Below are positions 38,145 through 47,730 of a stretch of 64,000 bases of DNA, one piece after another. This DNA comes from Candidatus Rokuibacteriota bacterium. Its GTDB lineage: Bacteria; Methylomirabilota; Methylomirabilia; Rokubacteriales; DASRDR01. Each line of letters starts with the position of its first letter. The first letter of the stretch is position 1. Under the pieces are notes generated by a model, which saw only the letters and a list, made by a program, of their open reading frames with translations, searched no databases and had not been told where the DNA came from. The stretch covers positions 1 through 64,000 of the forward strand of contig JBIOTN010000057.1 in the NCBI GenBank assembly GCA_044866005.1, written 5' to 3'. The translations under genes were made by a program, and so were the position numbers.

Positions 38145-38900
38145 ATGCCGGGCTACACGACGATCCTCTTCGACCTCTTCGACACGCTGGTCCGGCTCGA
38201 TCGGGAGCGGCTCCCCCTCGTGCGGCTCGACGGTCGCGAGGTCCGGTCATCGGTCGGCCGGCTCTATCCCGTCCTGGCCGCGGCGCGGCCCGGGGTGACC
38301 CTCCAGGGGTTCTACGACGCGTTCCTCTGGAGCTATCGCGAGGCCGACCGGCGGCGCGCGCTGGACCACCGCGAGATCCCCGCGCCCGAGCGCCTCGCGT
38401 ACTGCTACGCCCGACTGGGGATCGACCCCGCGGCCGTCCCGGCCGACCTCACCCACCGCCTGCTCGCCCTCCACATGGCGGCGCTGGCCGAAGTGGCCGA
38501 GCCGCTGCCGGGCCGTCCGGAGCTCCTCGACTGGCTCGGCGGCCGCTACCGGCTCGCCGTCGTCTCGAACTTCGACTACACGCCTACCGTCCACCGCATC
38601 CTCGAGCACGGCGGCATCCGGGACCGGTTCGACGCCGTTGTCGTCTCGGACGCGGTCGGCTGGCGGAAGCCGAGCGCGGCGATCTTCGAAGCCGCCCTCG
38701 CGGGGCTCGGCGTCGAGATCCGGGATTGCCTCTTCGTCGGGGACCTGCCCGACGTGGACGTGGCCGGGGCGAAGGGAATCGGGATGGACGTCGCCTGGCT
38801 GAACCCCGCCGGCGCCGAGTTCCCGGCGGGCCTGCCGCCGCCCGACTTCACGCTCGGCCGGCTGGCCGACCTGCGCCCCATCCTCGAGCAGGCGCCCTAG
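38145..38900 (+). CDS. HAD-superfamily hydrolase
   Basis: FDLFDTL, SN, KP, VGD...DVAGA. Confidence 0.9.
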   Translation: MPGYTTILFDLFDTLVRLDRERLPLVRLDGREVRSSVGRLYPVLAAARPGVTLQGFYDAFLWSYREADRRRALDHREIPAPERLAYCYARLGIDPAAVPADLTHRLLALHMAALAEVAEPLPGRPELLDWLGGRYRLAVVSNFDYTPTVHRILEHGGIRDRFDAVVVSDAVGWRKPSAAIFEAALAGLGVEIRDCLFVGDLPDVDVAGAKGIGMDVAWLNPAGAEFPAGLPPPDFTLGRLADLRPILEQAP

Positions 38901-38994
38901 AGGGGTTCCCGGGGGGGCTCGGCAGACCGCCCGACGCCTGACACGCCCCGGGCTCTGTGGAGGCCGTGGAGGCCGTGGCCCGGCCAAAAAGGGC

Positions 38995-39024
38995 TTGACC
39001 CACCGGGCCCCCTTCCGGTATAGT
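38995..39024 (+). promoter_or_regulatory. sigma70 promoter of csp
   Basis: TTGACC-N18-TATAGT. Confidence 0.65.
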
Positions 39025-39077
39025 CCCTTTTCGATTGACGGGGCAGGCTGCTTGTCAGGAGATCGACGTCGATCCCG

Positions 39078-39114
39078 CCGCAAGGGCTGCAACTGACCGC
39101 CCTTGCGGTTTTTT
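39078..39114 (+). terminator. Intrinsic-terminator-like hairpin inside the csp 5' leader
   Basis: CCGCAAGGGC...GCCCTTGCGG followed by TTTTTT. Confidence 0.65.
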
Positions 39115-39157
39115 GTTGGCCGCTGCGCCCCCAGCCCCACGGAAGGAGACCGAAGGA

Positions 39158-39361
39158 ATGCGTGAGAGCGGAACGGTCAAGTGGTTCAACGAGGCGAAGG
39201 GGTACGGCTTCATCGAGCGCCCCGGCGGGGAGGACGTCTTCGTCCACTACTCCGCCATCCAGGGCTCGGGCTTTCGCACCCTGGCGGAGGGCCAGGCGGT
39301 GGAGTTCGACGTCGTGGAGGGTCCGAAGGGCAAGCAGGCGGCCAACGTGACCAAGAAATAG
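39158..39361 (+). CDS. csp: Cold-shock protein
   Basis: [34 protein letters not shown]. Confidence 0.97.
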   Translation: MRESGTVKWFNEAKGYGFIERPGGEDVFVHYSAIQGSGFRTLAEGQAVEFDVVEGPKGKQAANVTKK

Positions 39362-39390
39362 GCGCGTGCCGGACGATACACCGGCCGAGG

Positions 39391-39426
39391 CGGCCCCGGG
39401 GGACGACCCCGGGGCCGTTTCGTTCT
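39391..39426 (+). terminator. Intrinsic terminator after csp
   Basis: CGGCCCCGGGG-GACGA-CCCCGGGGCCG followed by TTTCGTTCT. Confidence 0.7.
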
Positions 39427-39492
39427 CGACGGTCGCGCATCTCCGGGAGGCCCCGGGGCGTCTGATATAATCGAGGACACTGCGACCGGACC

Positions 39493-40434
39493 ATGGGCGG
39501 AAACGCCGTTCACGACGTGATCATCCTGGGGTCGGGCCCCGCCGGCCTCACGGCAGCCATCTACACGGGCCGCGCGAACCTTTCCCCCCTGATGCTCGCG
39601 GGCAGCCAGCCGGGCGGTCAGCTGACGCTGACGACCGACGTGGAGAACTACCCCGGCTTCGAGGAGGGCGTCCTCGGGCCCGACCTGATGGACGTGATGC
39701 GGCGGCAGGCCAAGCGCTTCGGGGCGGAGATCCTGGACGAGGACGCGGTCGCCGTGGACCTCGTCCACCGCCCGTTCACCGTGAAGACGACCGACCGGAC
39801 CTACCAGGCCCGGACCCTCGTGATCGCGACCGGTGCGTCGGCGAAGATGCTCGGGCTCGAGTCGGAGAAGAAGCTGCTCGGGCGCGGCGTCTCGACGTGC
39901 GCGACCTGCGACGGATTCTTCTTCAAGGGGCAGGAGCTCGCGGTCGTCGGCGGCGGCGACTCGGCGATGGAGGAGGCGACCTTCCTCACGAAGTTCGCGA
40001 CCCGGGTGAGCGTCGTCCACCGGCGGGAGACCCTGCGCGCGTCGAAGATCATGCAGGATCGTGCCCGACGGAACGAGCGGATCGCCTGGATCTGGGACAC
40101 CGCCGTGGAGGAGATCCTCGGCGCCGATCAGGGCAAGGTCACCGGCGTGCGGCTGCGCAACCTGAAAAGCGGCCAGGTCAGCGAGATGCCGGTGGGCGGC
40201 GTCTTCGTGGCGATCGGGCACACGCCGAACACGCAGCTCTTCGCGGGCCAGCTCGAGCTGGATCCCGGCGGCTACGTCGTGACGCAGCCCGGCTCGACGC
40301 GCACGAGCGTCCCCGGCGTGTTCGCCGCCGGCGACGTGGCCGACCACGTCTACCGTCAGGCCGTCACGGCCGCGGGCACCGGATGCATGGCGGCCATCGA
40401 CGCCGAGCGCTTCCTGGAGGCCGAGACGCACTGA
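39493..40434 (+). CDS. trxB: Thioredoxin reductase
   Basis: GSGPAG, GGQL, CATCDG, GGGDSAMEEA, GDV.D..YRQA. TATAAT at about 39466. Confidence 0.97.
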   Translation: MGGNAVHDVIILGSGPAGLTAAIYTGRANLSPLMLAGSQPGGQLTLTTDVENYPGFEEGVLGPDLMDVMRRQAKRFGAEILDEDAVAVDLVHRPFTVKTTDRTYQARTLVIATGASAKMLGLESEKKLLGRGVSTCATCDGFFFKGQELAVVGGGDSAMEEATFLTKFATRVSVVHRRETLRASKIMQDRARRNERIAWIWDTAVEEILGADQGKVTGVRLRNLKSGQVSEMPVGGVFVAIGHTPNTQLFAGQLELDPGGYVVTQPGSTRTSVPGVFAAGDVADHVYRQAVTAAGTGCMAAIDAERFLEAETH

Positions 40435-40607
40435 GGCCCGGGAGGCGCCCGTCGCGGCGCCTCTCCCGCGTCGGGCCGTCCCCGCGCCGGGCCGGGCGCG
40501 CGCGAGGGCAGGCTCCCTCCCGAGTTCTTCGTCCTGACCAGTCCATTCGCGCGGGTTCCCCGCTGCGGGTGGCGGCCCGACGCGCCGTCCCCCGGCCGCC
40601 GGCCCCC

Positions 40608-41447
40608 CTACGTGCCGACGCGCAGCGGGGCGGCGAGCTCGCGCAGGTAGGCGATGGTCGAGAGATAGGAGAGCTTTCCCGTTCGCGGGTTCTCCGACGG
40701 GACGTTCTCGATCTCGACCCGCAGTCGCCCGAAGGCGCCTTCCGCGGTGACGGTGTGGCGATTGCGGGCGAGTCCCGGCACTGCGTAGACGCGGATCCGC
40801 GTCGCGTCGGGACCGATCCCCGCGAGCGACACGGCGGCGACGACGTTCACGTTGGCGGGGAAGGCCCGGCACGCTTCCCGCGCCGTCCCGTCGAAGACGA
40901 GCGTCTCGTCCCGGAGCCGCTCGAGGTCGCGGCCCGCGACACCGGGCGCGCCCGCGAGCCCGCGGGGCGGCTTGCGCGTCTCCACGAGCACGCGCTCGAG
41001 GTGCCCGCCGATCGCCGCGCCCTTCAGCCCGTCGAGGCCGGCGATCGCCGCCGAGGGGGCGTGGATCCGGCAGCCCTGCGCCGCCGCCAGCGCGGGCCAC
41101 TCCGGATGGTCGAGGAGGCCGCCGACCGACAGCACCAGGAGGTCACGACCTGCCTCCAGCACGGCCGGGGCGATCGCGGCCAGGGCCGCCTGGGTCGCGG
41201 CCTCGACGACGACGTCGGATCGCGCGATCAGCTCGTCGAGCGCGAGGTAGGACGGCGCGCCCGGGAGCTTCTCGAGGAAGCCGCGACCGCGCGCGGCGTC
41301 GCGGCTCGTGGCGCCGCTGAGCGTGCACCCGGGAATCCCGTCCGCGAGCGCCTGGGCGACGGCGCGCCCGATGGCCCCCAGGCCGACGAGGCCCACCCGT
41401 CGCGACCGCGCCGCCGCGCCGCCCGCCACCGTATCGGTTCGCGTCAC
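40608..41447 (-). CDS. nadX: L-aspartate dehydrogenase
   Basis: GLGAIG, VVEAA, SVGGL, AIAGLD, KPP, FPANVNV, NPRTG; GAGGAGG RBS before GTG. Confidence 0.88.
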   Translation of the reverse strand: MTRTDTVAGGAAARSRRVGLVGLGAIGRAVAQALADGIPGCTLSGATSRDAARGRGFLEKLPGAPSYLALDELIARSDVVVEAATQAALAAIAPAVLEAGRDLLVLSVGGLLDHPEWPALAAAQGCRIHAPSAAIAGLDGLKGAAIGGHLERVLVETRKPPRGLAGAPGVAGRDLERLRDETLVFDGTAREACRAFPANVNVVAAVSLAGIGPDATRIRVYAVPGLARNRHTVTAEGAFGRLRVEIENVPSENPRTGKLSYLSTIAYLRELAAPLRVGT

Positions 41448-41481
41448 CGCCAGCCTCCTCGCGCGGGACGTGGTTGCGGCG

Positions 41482-41498
41482 CCGGCATCGCGGTTGCA
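41482..41498 (+). promoter_or_regulatory. Candidate sigma54 promoter
   Basis: CCGGCATCGCGGTTGCA with GG-N10-GC spacing. Confidence 0.5.
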
Positions 41499-41581
41499 AC
41501 CCTTCCCGAATGCGGCGGGCCGGATGGCGGGAGCGGAAGCGGTGGAACAGGCCCGCAAGCTCTGGGTCGTGGGGGCCGAAG

Positions 41582-41740
41582 ATGACGACCTGTCCGCGGT
41601 GTCACAGGGACGACCGCCCGCAGGAGATTGCCGTCGTCATGACGCGCTGGACCCCCACGGGGACGGAGACGACCCTCCGCTGTCCCGTGTGCGGCTGGCA
41701 GGAGACGGTTCGGTCCGCCCAGCCGGAACACGCCGCGTGA
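41582..41740 (+). CDS. Small zinc-ribbon protein (52 aa)
   Basis: MTTCPRC...RCPVCGW, two CxxC knuckles. Confidence 0.65.
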   Translation: MTTCPRCHRDDRPQEIAVVMTRWTPTGTETTLRCPVCGWQETVRSAQPEHAA

Positions 41741-41877
41741 GCCGCGCCGCCGCCGGCCGCCACGCGCGCCCCTGAGCGCGCTCGCGTATCACGGCTCACC
41801 TCGCTCGTGCCCACGGACCACGGCATCCTAGCAACCGGTCTTCGGGAAATCAACACGGCGTGCTATCCTAGGCGCCG

Positions 41878-42756
41878 ATGACGGGGGGCGGCGTGTCAGC
41901 GGCGCGGGCGGTACGGCTGCGCGGACCGCTGGAAGGGCTCTACCGAGACTTCGATTACCGCGGCCGCCTGGCCCGCGACGCGATCCAGTATCCGCGCCGC
42001 TACGCCGATCCACTCGATCGCGAGATCGCCGCCCTCCTCACGGCGAGCCTTGCCTACGGCCGTGTCGACCTCTTCGGGCCGTGGGTCGAGCGCCTCCTCG
42101 GCTGGCTGGGACCGTCCCCGCGCGCCTTCGCCCTCGGCTTCGACCCCTCCCGGGACGCCGCCCGCTTCGCGCCGTTCCACTACCGCTTCAACCGCGGCGT
42201 CGACCTGGCCGCCGCGCTGCTGGCGATCCACCGGCTCCTCGCCCGACACGGCTCGCTGCGCCAGGCGTTCCTCGCCGGCTACTCCGAGACCGATCCCGAC
42301 GTCCGCCCCGCGCTCGACCGGTTCGCGGGCTCGATCCTCGAGCAGGACTTCCGACCGGTCGGGATGCGGCGGCTCACCCCCGGCTTCCGCCACCTCTTCC
42401 CCCGGCCGGCCCACGGCGGCGCGTGCAAGCGATGGAACCTCTTCCTCCGCTGGATGGTGCGGCGCGACCACCTGGACTTCGGCGATTGGCCGGAGATCCC
42501 GCCGGCCAAGCTCCTGATCCCGCTCGACACGCACGTCGCGAACATGGCGCACGCGCTCCGGCTGACGCGGCTCCGGAGCCGGACCTGGCGGATGGCGGAG
42601 GACGTGACGCGGAGCCTCCGCGCCGTGGACCGGGCCGATCCCGTCAAGTACGACTTCGCGCTCTGCCACACGCGCATGCGCGGGGACTGCCTGGGGCGCC
42701 GCGCTCCGGTGTGCGACGGGTGCGGCCTCCGAGCGGTGTGCCGGCACTGGCGGTGA
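41878..42756 (+). CDS. TIGR02757/DUF2400-family HhH-like protein
   Basis: LAYG, ACKRWNLFLRWMVR, IPLDTH, DPVKYDFAL; Cys-rich tail. Confidence 0.88.
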   Translation: MTGGGVSAARAVRLRGPLEGLYRDFDYRGRLARDAIQYPRRYADPLDREIAALLTASLAYGRVDLFGPWVERLLGWLGPSPRAFALGFDPSRDAARFAPFHYRFNRGVDLAAALLAIHRLLARHGSLRQAFLAGYSETDPDVRPALDRFAGSILEQDFRPVGMRRLTPGFRHLFPRPAHGGACKRWNLFLRWMVRRDHLDFGDWPEIPPAKLLIPLDTHVANMAHALRLTRLRSRTWRMAEDVTRSLRAVDRADPVKYDFALCHTRMRGDCLGRRAPVCDGCGLRAVCRHWR

Positions 42757-42781
42757 CCGGGGGCGGCGGGAGGCGAGTGCC

Positions 42782-43975
42782 ATGACCGTGGGGGAGGGGA
42801 TGGGACTCCTGCTGGCCGGGACGATGATCGCGGTCGGCGGGCTCGTGACGTGGGCGCTCCTGCGGCTCGCGGGGCGCGTCCGCGGCCTGGAGGCCGGCCA
42901 GGCCACGCCGGACGCGGCCGCCGCGCTGCTCCACCGGGAGATCGAGGCCGCCCGGGTCGAGGCGCGTCGCGGCCAGGAGTCGGCGCTCGCGGCGGTGCGC
43001 CACGAGGTCACCCAGTTCGGCGGCCAGGTCGGCCAGCAACTCGGCCAGGTGCAGGCGGCCGTGACGACCCACCTCCAGCAGGTGACGGCCGAGGTGAACC
43101 GCCAGCTGCAGGAAGGGATGGCGCTCATCCAGACGGCGCAGGCCGCGATGGGGCAGCGCCTCGATCAGGCGGCCCAGGCCGTGAGCCAGGTGCACGGCCA
43201 GCTCGGCACCCTCACCGAGGCGACGCGACGGATGGAACAGGTGGGCCGGGACATCGCGGGGCTCGAGCAGATCCTGCGCGCCCCCAAGATCCGCGGAGGG
43301 CTCGGGGAGATCCTCCTCGAGCGGCTGCTGGGCGAGATCCTGCCGACCGGGAGCTACCGGCTCCAGCACGCGTTCCAGAGCGGGGACAAGGTCGACGCGG
43401 CCATCCTCCTGGCCGACCGCCTCGTGCCGGTGGACTCCAAGTTCCCGCTCGAGAACTTCCGGCGGCTGGTCGAGGAACCGCAGGAGGACCGGCGTCGCCA
43501 GGCGCGCCGCGCGTTCTTCCGGGACGTGCGGAACCGGGTGGACGACGTGGCGAAGAAGTACATCCTGCCGGACGAGGGCACGTTCGATTTCGCGCTCATG
43601 TACATCCCGGCCGAGAACGTCTACTACGAGGTGATCGTCAAGGACGAGGAGGAGGGCGGGGACTCGCTCCTCTCCTACGCGCTCTCGCGCCGCGTGATCC
43701 CCGTGTCGCCGAACTGCTTCTACGCCTACCTCCAGGTGATCCTGCTCGGCCTGAAAGGCCTGCGGATCGAGCAGAACGCACGGGAGATCCTGACCGCGCT
43801 CGGCCGGCTCACCGGCGACCTCACCCGCTTCCGCGACCACTTCGACACCCTCGGCAAGCACGTCACCAACGCCAAGAACAAGTACGACGAGGCGACCACG
43901 GCGCTCGCCCGCTTCGAGGCGAAGCTCGAGAGCGTCGAGGGCCGCGGCGACCAGCCCGCGCTGCCCGGCGTCTAG
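42782..43975 (+). CDS. rmuC: DNA recombination protein RmuC
   Basis: TM anchor, coiled coil, K.RG.LGE..L, VDSKFPLE, KYI...T.DFA.MYIP.E. Confidence 0.93.
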   Translation: MTVGEGMGLLLAGTMIAVGGLVTWALLRLAGRVRGLEAGQATPDAAAALLHREIEAARVEARRGQESALAAVRHEVTQFGGQVGQQLGQVQAAVTTHLQQVTAEVNRQLQEGMALIQTAQAAMGQRLDQAAQAVSQVHGQLGTLTEATRRMEQVGRDIAGLEQILRAPKIRGGLGEILLERLLGEILPTGSYRLQHAFQSGDKVDAAILLADRLVPVDSKFPLENFRRLVEEPQEDRRRQARRAFFRDVRNRVDDVAKKYILPDEGTFDFALMYIPAENVYYEVIVKDEEEGGDSLLSYALSRRVIPVSPNCFYAYLQVILLGLKGLRIEQNAREILTALGRLTGDLTRFRDHFDTLGKHVTNAKNKYDEATTALARFEAKLESVEGRGDQPALPGV

Positions 43976-43993
43976 CGTCGAGGGGGCGAGGCG

Positions 43994-44941
43994 GTGAGCG
44001 AGGCACCGGTGCGCGGCAACCCGGCAGCCACCGCCGAGTGGTCCATCGACGAGCACGGGGCGCTCACGGAGACGCGCTTCCTGGACCTCCCCCTGGTCTC
44101 GCGCGGCAAGGTCCGGGACATGTACGACCTCGGCGAGCACCTCCTCATCGTCACCACCGACCGCATCAGCGCATTCGACTGGGTCCTGCCGAACGGGATT
44201 CCCGAGAAGGGGAAGGTCCTCAACCAGCTCTCGGCCTTCTGGTTCGGCGTCCTCCAGGACGTCGTGCCGCACCACCTCGTGGCCACGGACGTCGGCGCCG
44301 ACCGCCGCGTGCCCGCGCGCTATGGGTCCCTGCTCGCCGGCCGGTCGATGATCGTCCGGAAGGCCGAGGTCTTCCCCGTCGAGTGCGTGGCGCGCGGCTA
44401 CCTCATCGGCTCGGGGTGGCGGGACTACCAGAAGACCGGAACGGTCTGCGGGCTCCGCCTGGCGCCGGGCCTCACGCTCGCCGCGCGGCTGCCGGAGGTC
44501 ATCTTCACGCCCGCCACCAAGGCCCAGTCCGGCCACGACGAGAACATCGACTTCGAGCGCATGCGCGCGCTCCTCGGGGCCCCCGTGGCCGACGAGCTGC
44601 GGCGGCTCACGATCGAGCTCTACGGGCGGGGCACGGCGCTCGCCGGCCGCTGCGGGATCATCATCGCCGACACGAAGTTCGAGTTCGGTCGCCACGCCGG
44701 GCGCATCCATCTGGTGGACGAAGCGCTGACCCCCGACTCCTCGCGGTTCTGGCCCGCGGACGCGTACGCCCCCGGGCAGTCGCCGCCGTCCTTCGACAAG
44801 CAGTTCGTCCGCGACTGGCTGGAGACGACGTCGTGGGACAAGAACTCGCCGCCGCCGCGACTGCCGCCCGGCATCGTCGCGCAGACGCGCGAGAAGTATA
44901 TCGAGGCGCTCGTACGGTTGACGGGGCACGGTCTTGCGTGA
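43994..44941 (+). CDS. purC: SAICAR synthetase
   Basis: GKVRDMY, TDRISAFD, ECVARGY, ADTKFEFG, TPDSSRFW, SFDKQ. Confidence 0.97.
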   Translation: MSEAPVRGNPAATAEWSIDEHGALTETRFLDLPLVSRGKVRDMYDLGEHLLIVTTDRISAFDWVLPNGIPEKGKVLNQLSAFWFGVLQDVVPHHLVATDVGADRRVPARYGSLLAGRSMIVRKAEVFPVECVARGYLIGSGWRDYQKTGTVCGLRLAPGLTLAARLPEVIFTPATKAQSGHDENIDFERMRALLGAPVADELRRLTIELYGRGTALAGRCGIIIADTKFEFGRHAGRIHLVDEALTPDSSRFWPADAYAPGQSPPSFDKQFVRDWLETTSWDKNSPPPRLPPGIVAQTREKYIEALVRLTGHGLA

Positions 44942-44977
44942 TCTCGCCCCAAGCGATTGTGCTATCATCCATCGGTG

Positions 44978-45283
44978 ATGGGATCGCTGCCGCCCTGTCA
45001 GGTCTACGGCATCAACATCCTCGTCAAGCTGCTCTCGGAAGCGCCACCCGGCGTGCGGCTCTACTGTCCCAAGGGCTCGCCGATCCGGTACGGCGTCGTG
45101 GTCGGACGCGGCGACGGCTTCGACGAGGGCGCCAACACGTTCCGCGAGATGCCGCCCATGGAGGCCGTCGTCGCCTTCGAGGAGACGGCCGAGGAAGTCG
45201 AGGGACACTACTTCTACGTGAGCGGCGAAGAGTTCCGGGTCCTGCGGCTGGATTCGGTGATCCTCGCCTTCCCCCGCGAGTAG
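44978..45283 (+). CDS. Divergent GroES/Cpn10-like protein
   Basis: ILVK...GVVVGRGDG...P...VAF...SGEEFRVLRLDSVIL follows the Cpn10 pattern. Confidence 0.55.
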   Translation: MGSLPPCQVYGINILVKLLSEAPPGVRLYCPKGSPIRYGVVVGRGDGFDEGANTFREMPPMEAVVAFEETAEEVEGHYFYVSGEEFRVLRLDSVILAFPRE

Positions 45284-45286
45284 GCG

Positions 45287-45407
45287 GCCGTGCCGACAAC
45301 CGTCGCATCCGGGTGTCCTCGGTCCTCGCCGAGCCTCAACGTACAACTGCGTACGCCTCGGCTCGGCTCGTCCCTGCGTCCTAGGGCTGCTCGGTTCTCG
45401 GCACGCC
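45287..45407 (-). repeat. ~120-bp structured dispersed repeat, copy B (family 1)
   Basis: Aligns with copies A and C, with compensatory stem substitutions. Confidence 0.9.
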
Positions 45408-45429
45408 CCTAGGAGAGGGGGCTCGCGCG

Positions 45430-46671
45430 CTGGCTGAGGAGTCTCCGCCACGGCTGCGGCCCGTCGAGGCGTTCCCCGCGACGATCGACGGCCGCGAGGT
45501 AATCTGCCTCCGGGACCCCTCGGCGGTCGCCGAGGCGGTGCTCAGCGTGCCGCGGCCGGTCGTCGAGATCCTGGCCCTCCTCGACGGCACCCGCTCGATC
45601 GCCGACGTCCAGGCCGAAATCATGCGCCGTCACGGGGCGCTCGTGGCCCGCGACCAGATCGCCGCGCTCGTCGAGACGCTCGACCGGCACCTGTTCCTCG
45701 AAGGCGCGCGGCTCGAGGCCGAGCGCGAGCGGCTGGCCGGGCTGTTCCGGTCGAGCCCCGTGCGGCCGGCGGCCCACGCCGGAAAGGCGTACGCGGGCGA
45801 CGCGGAGGCGCTGGCGGCCGAGCTGGCGGGGTTCTTCGTCCACCCCGATGGGCCCGGCGCGATCGGCCCGCCGGGGGTCCCGCGCCTCCGCGGGCTCGTC
45901 GCGCCGCACATCGACTTCCGGCGCGGGGGACCGGCGTACGCCTGGGCTTACAAGGCCGTCGCCGAGGCCTGCCAGGCCGACTGCTTCATCGTGCTCGGCA
46001 CCGCGCACGCCGGCCTCGACGGTCACCCCTTCGCGGCGACGCGGAAGCCCTACGACACCCCCTTCGGCCCGCTCGCCGTCGACGACGAGGTGCTGGAGGC
46101 CGTCATCCGGCGGGCGCCGGGCGACCTCTTCGCCGCCGAGCTGGCGCACCGGTCGGAGCACTCGATCGAGTTCCAGGCCGTCTGCCTCCGGTACCTCGCC
46201 CGGGCCCGCGGCGAGGCGCGCATCGTGCCGATCCTCGCGAGCTTCGCTCACGAGGCGATCGCGACGGGAGGCGACCCCGCGACGGAGCCCGCGATCGCCG
46301 GCGTGCTCGACGCCGTGCGCGCGGCGATCGCGACGGTCCCGCGGCGCTACTGCGTCGTCGCGGGGGCCGACCTCGCCCACGTCGGACCGCGCTTCGGGGA
46401 CCCGACGCCGCTGGCGCCGGCCGACTTCGCGCGCGTCGAGGCGGAGGACCGGGCGCTCCTGTCGCTCGTGGCGAGCGTGGATCCGGGTGGCTTCCTCACC
46501 ACCGTCGCCCGCGACGGGGACCGGCGGCGGATCTGCGGGCTGTCGCCGATCTACGCGCTGCTGGCCGTCCTCCCCGGCGGGCGAGGCCGGCTCCTCCACT
46601 ACGGCCAGTGGCCCGACCCCCACGGCACCGTGACCTTCGCCAGCGTCGCGTTCGAGGAGGCGGGGCCGTGA
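45430..46671 (+). CDS. AmmeMemoRadiSam protein B / MEMO1 family
   Basis: RPAAHAG.AY, APHIDF, LGTAH, EHSIEFQ, ADLAHVG, ICG. Start proposed at CTG 45430 (ORF track gives 45538). Confidence 0.88.
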   Translation: MAEESPPRLRPVEAFPATIDGREVICLRDPSAVAEAVLSVPRPVVEILALLDGTRSIADVQAEIMRRHGALVARDQIAALVETLDRHLFLEGARLEAERERLAGLFRSSPVRPAAHAGKAYAGDAEALAAELAGFFVHPDGPGAIGPPGVPRLRGLVAPHIDFRRGGPAYAWAYKAVAEACQADCFIVLGTAHAGLDGHPFAATRKPYDTPFGPLAVDDEVLEAVIRRAPGDLFAAELAHRSEHSIEFQAVCLRYLARARGEARIVPILASFAHEAIATGGDPATEPAIAGVLDAVRAAIATVPRRYCVVAGADLAHVGPRFGDPTPLAPADFARVEAEDRALLSLVASVDPGGFLTTVARDGDRRRICGLSPIYALLAVLPGGRGRLLHYGQWPDPHGTVTFASVAFEEAGP

Positions 46672-46699
46672 CGGGCGGGCGACCGGGCCGGAGGGCCGG

Positions 46700-47185
46700 G
46701 TGACGGCCGGCGGCCCGTCGAGCGCGTGGGCCCTGCCACCCGGCACGTTCCGGATCGACCGGGAGGGCGTCTGGCGTCACGAGGGTCAGGAGGTCACGCA
46801 CCCCGGCGTGGTCCGGAATCTCTACGCGAACCTCCGGGTCGACGCCGACGGGCACTACCTCCAGGTCGGCCCGGCCCGGGTCCCGGTGGACGTGGAGGAC
46901 GCGCCCTTCGTCGTCACCCGTGTGGAACCGACGGCCGATCGCGACGATACGCCGCGGCCCCTACGACTTTACCTGAGCGACGGCAGCGACGAGGCGCTCG
47001 ATCCGACCGGGGTGGTCATCGGGGTCCGTCAGACGCCCTACTGCCGGGTGAAGGACGGTCGCTTCAAGGCGCGGTTCTCCCTGCCGGCCTGGCTCCAGCT
47101 CGCCGCCTTCGTCGAGGAGGAGCCGGAGACGGGCGCGGTCGCGCTCGTCCTGGGCGACCGCCGGATTCGCCTCCCGCGAGGGTGA
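46700..47185 (+). CDS. DUF1285-like protein
   Basis: IDREGVW.HEG..V.H, V.VEDAPFVV, PYCRVK. Confidence 0.7.
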   Translation: MTAGGPSSAWALPPGTFRIDREGVWRHEGQEVTHPGVVRNLYANLRVDADGHYLQVGPARVPVDVEDAPFVVTRVEPTADRDDTPRPLRLYLSDGSDEALDPTGVVIGVRQTPYCRVKDGRFKARFSLPAWLQLAAFVEEEPETGAVALVLGDRRIRLPRG

Positions 47186-47730
47186 GCGTGGCGCGACCCG
47201 CCGGCCTCGGCATCGTCGCGGCCCTCGGCCTCGTGGCGGCGGTCGGGCTCGGGCCCGCCACGCCCCGCGCGGCGCCACCCGAGCCCGAGCCCGCGCCCGA
47301 GGTCGGGCGCGAGGCGCCGGACTTCACCCTCCCCGACCTGGACGGCGGGCCCGTCCGCCTCGCCGGGTTCCGGGGCCGGCAGGCGGTCCTCGTCAACTTC
47401 TGGGCGACCTGGTGCGTGCCGTGCCGGGAGGAGATGCCGATGCTCGACCGGCTCTGGCGCCAGCGCCGCGACACGCTCGTCGTCCTCGGGGTGAGCCTCG
47501 ACACGGCCAGCCCCGCGCGCGTCCGCGCATTCGTCCGGGAGGTGGGCGCCGGCTTCCCGATCCTGCGCGATCCGGACCAGACCGTGGCGAGGCGCTACCG
47601 GCTGCGCGGCGTCCCGTCCTCCTTCCTCGTCGATCGGGGCGGCGTGATCCGGTACCGGGAGGTGGGATACCGGGACTGGACCGATGCCGAGTCGCGCCGG
47701 ATGGTCGAGGAGACCCTCCGGGCGAGGTGA
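47182..47730 (+). CDS. TlpA/ResA-family thiol-disulfide oxidoreductase
   Basis: Signal/anchor, APDFTL, NFWATWCVPCREEMP, GVPSSF. Confidence 0.92.
   Translation: MSVARPAGLGIVAALGLVAAVGLGPATPRAAPPEPEPAPEVGREAPDFTLPDLDGGPVRLAGFRGRQAVLVNFWATWCVPCREEMPMLDRLWRQRRDTLVVLGVSLDTASPARVRAFVREVGAGFPILRDPDQTVARRYRLRGVPSSFLVDRGGVIRYREVGYRDWTDAESRRMVEETLRAR

Noticed and set aside
38957..38978. Short direct repeat GTGGAGGCC x2
   Set aside because: Too short and GC-rich to distinguish from chance.
47182..47730. TlpA as a second selenoprotein
   Set aside because: Active site is ordinary TGC-encoded CVPC with no in-frame TGA.
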